Shown piece after piece: positions 23,823 through 24,000 of a stretch of 24,000 nucleotides of DNA. Position numbers and translations under genes: made by a program. Location of the stretch: positions 1,291,789 to 1,315,788 of the forward strand of contig NC_009440.1 in assembly GCF_000016605.1 (NCBI RefSeq), read 5' to 3'. The stretch comes from Metallosphaera sedula DSM 5348 (GTDB lineage Archaea; Thermoproteota; Thermoprotei_A; Sulfolobales; Sulfolobaceae). The notes below the pieces were generated by a model. It did no database searches, was not told the origin of the DNA, and saw nothing but the letters and a program-made list of their open reading frames with translations. Within the stretch, counting starts at the first letter, position 1. Every line of letters begins with the position of its first letter.

Positions 23823-24000
23823 ATACGAGTTAACTTATTTAGGAAGGGCCTTCGTTGCCTCATCTATCATTCTCCTTCTTCTATCTGCTATTTTCTTTAT
23901 GAGTGATCAAGACTTATCCAATACCATGGGAGACTTTACTTATTTCTTTCTTGTCATAGGAGTGTTATTAGTAGGAGCAGGGAAATTGCCAGACGATGAC
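23815..24000 (+). CDS. membrane protein, N-terminal fragment (presumed copy 2 of the polytopic membrane protein); continues beyond the window
   Basis: ATG 23815 overlaps the preceding gene by 8 nt. The frame is open to the window end: MIRYELTYLGRAFVASSIILLLLSAIFFMSDQDLSNTMGDFTYFFLVIGVLLVGAGKLPDDD, with two hydrophobic helices. It has the same gene order as 18034/18495. Confidence 0.5.
   Translation, partial: MIRYELTYLGRAFVASSIILLLLSAIFFMSDQDLSNTMGDFTYFFLVIGVLLVGAGKLPDDD

Noticed and set aside
17537-24000. Calling the AT-rich block an integrated plasmid or virus
   Set aside because: ParA + RHH and low G+C are suggestive. However, no integrase, replication gene, att repeat or tRNA target is visible in the window, and arlB/arlX share the low G+C. 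It is left as an alternative hypothesis only.

Overview
This window looks like a chromosomal segment of a Sulfolobales-type crenarchaeon. The evidence is an ArlX-containing archaellum operon, a 4-hydroxybutyryl-CoA dehydratase, and TATA-like boxes about 25 nt upstream of many ATGs, as expected for leaderless transcripts. The genus cannot be fixed from sequence alone.

Layout:
1. 1-11 kb is ordinary metabolism. It holds the 3' end of a Bcp-like peroxiredoxin, two small unknowns, an R2-like ferritin-fold protein, an FdhA-like molybdopterin oxidoreductase + DUF1641 + FdhD operon, 4-hydroxybutyryl-CoA dehydratase, a GH15 hydrolase and an SQR/NDH-2-family flavoprotein.
2. 11.2-17.5 kb (minus strand) is a complete crenarchaeal archaellum operon, arlB-arlX-arlG-arlF-arlH-arlI-arlJ, chained by ATGA/TAATG overlaps.
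3. 17.5-24 kb is visibly AT-richer and uncharacterised.

The main candidate for an undescribed system is the third block. It contains a translationally coupled operon encoding four products: a sequon-rich C-terminally anchored protein, a polytopic membrane protein interrupted by one in-frame TAG, a ParA/MinD-like ATPase and a tandem ribbon-helix-helix (RHH) protein. Downstream are a small membrane protein and a second paralogous ParA/MinD ATPase sitting behind an ArnR-like membrane-bound wHTH regulator. A second copy of the anchored-protein/membrane-protein pair then runs off the window. The block is wedged between the arlB promoter and the ArnR-like regulator, and its function is unknown.

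No rRNA, tRNA, CRISPR array, transposase or integrase was recognised.
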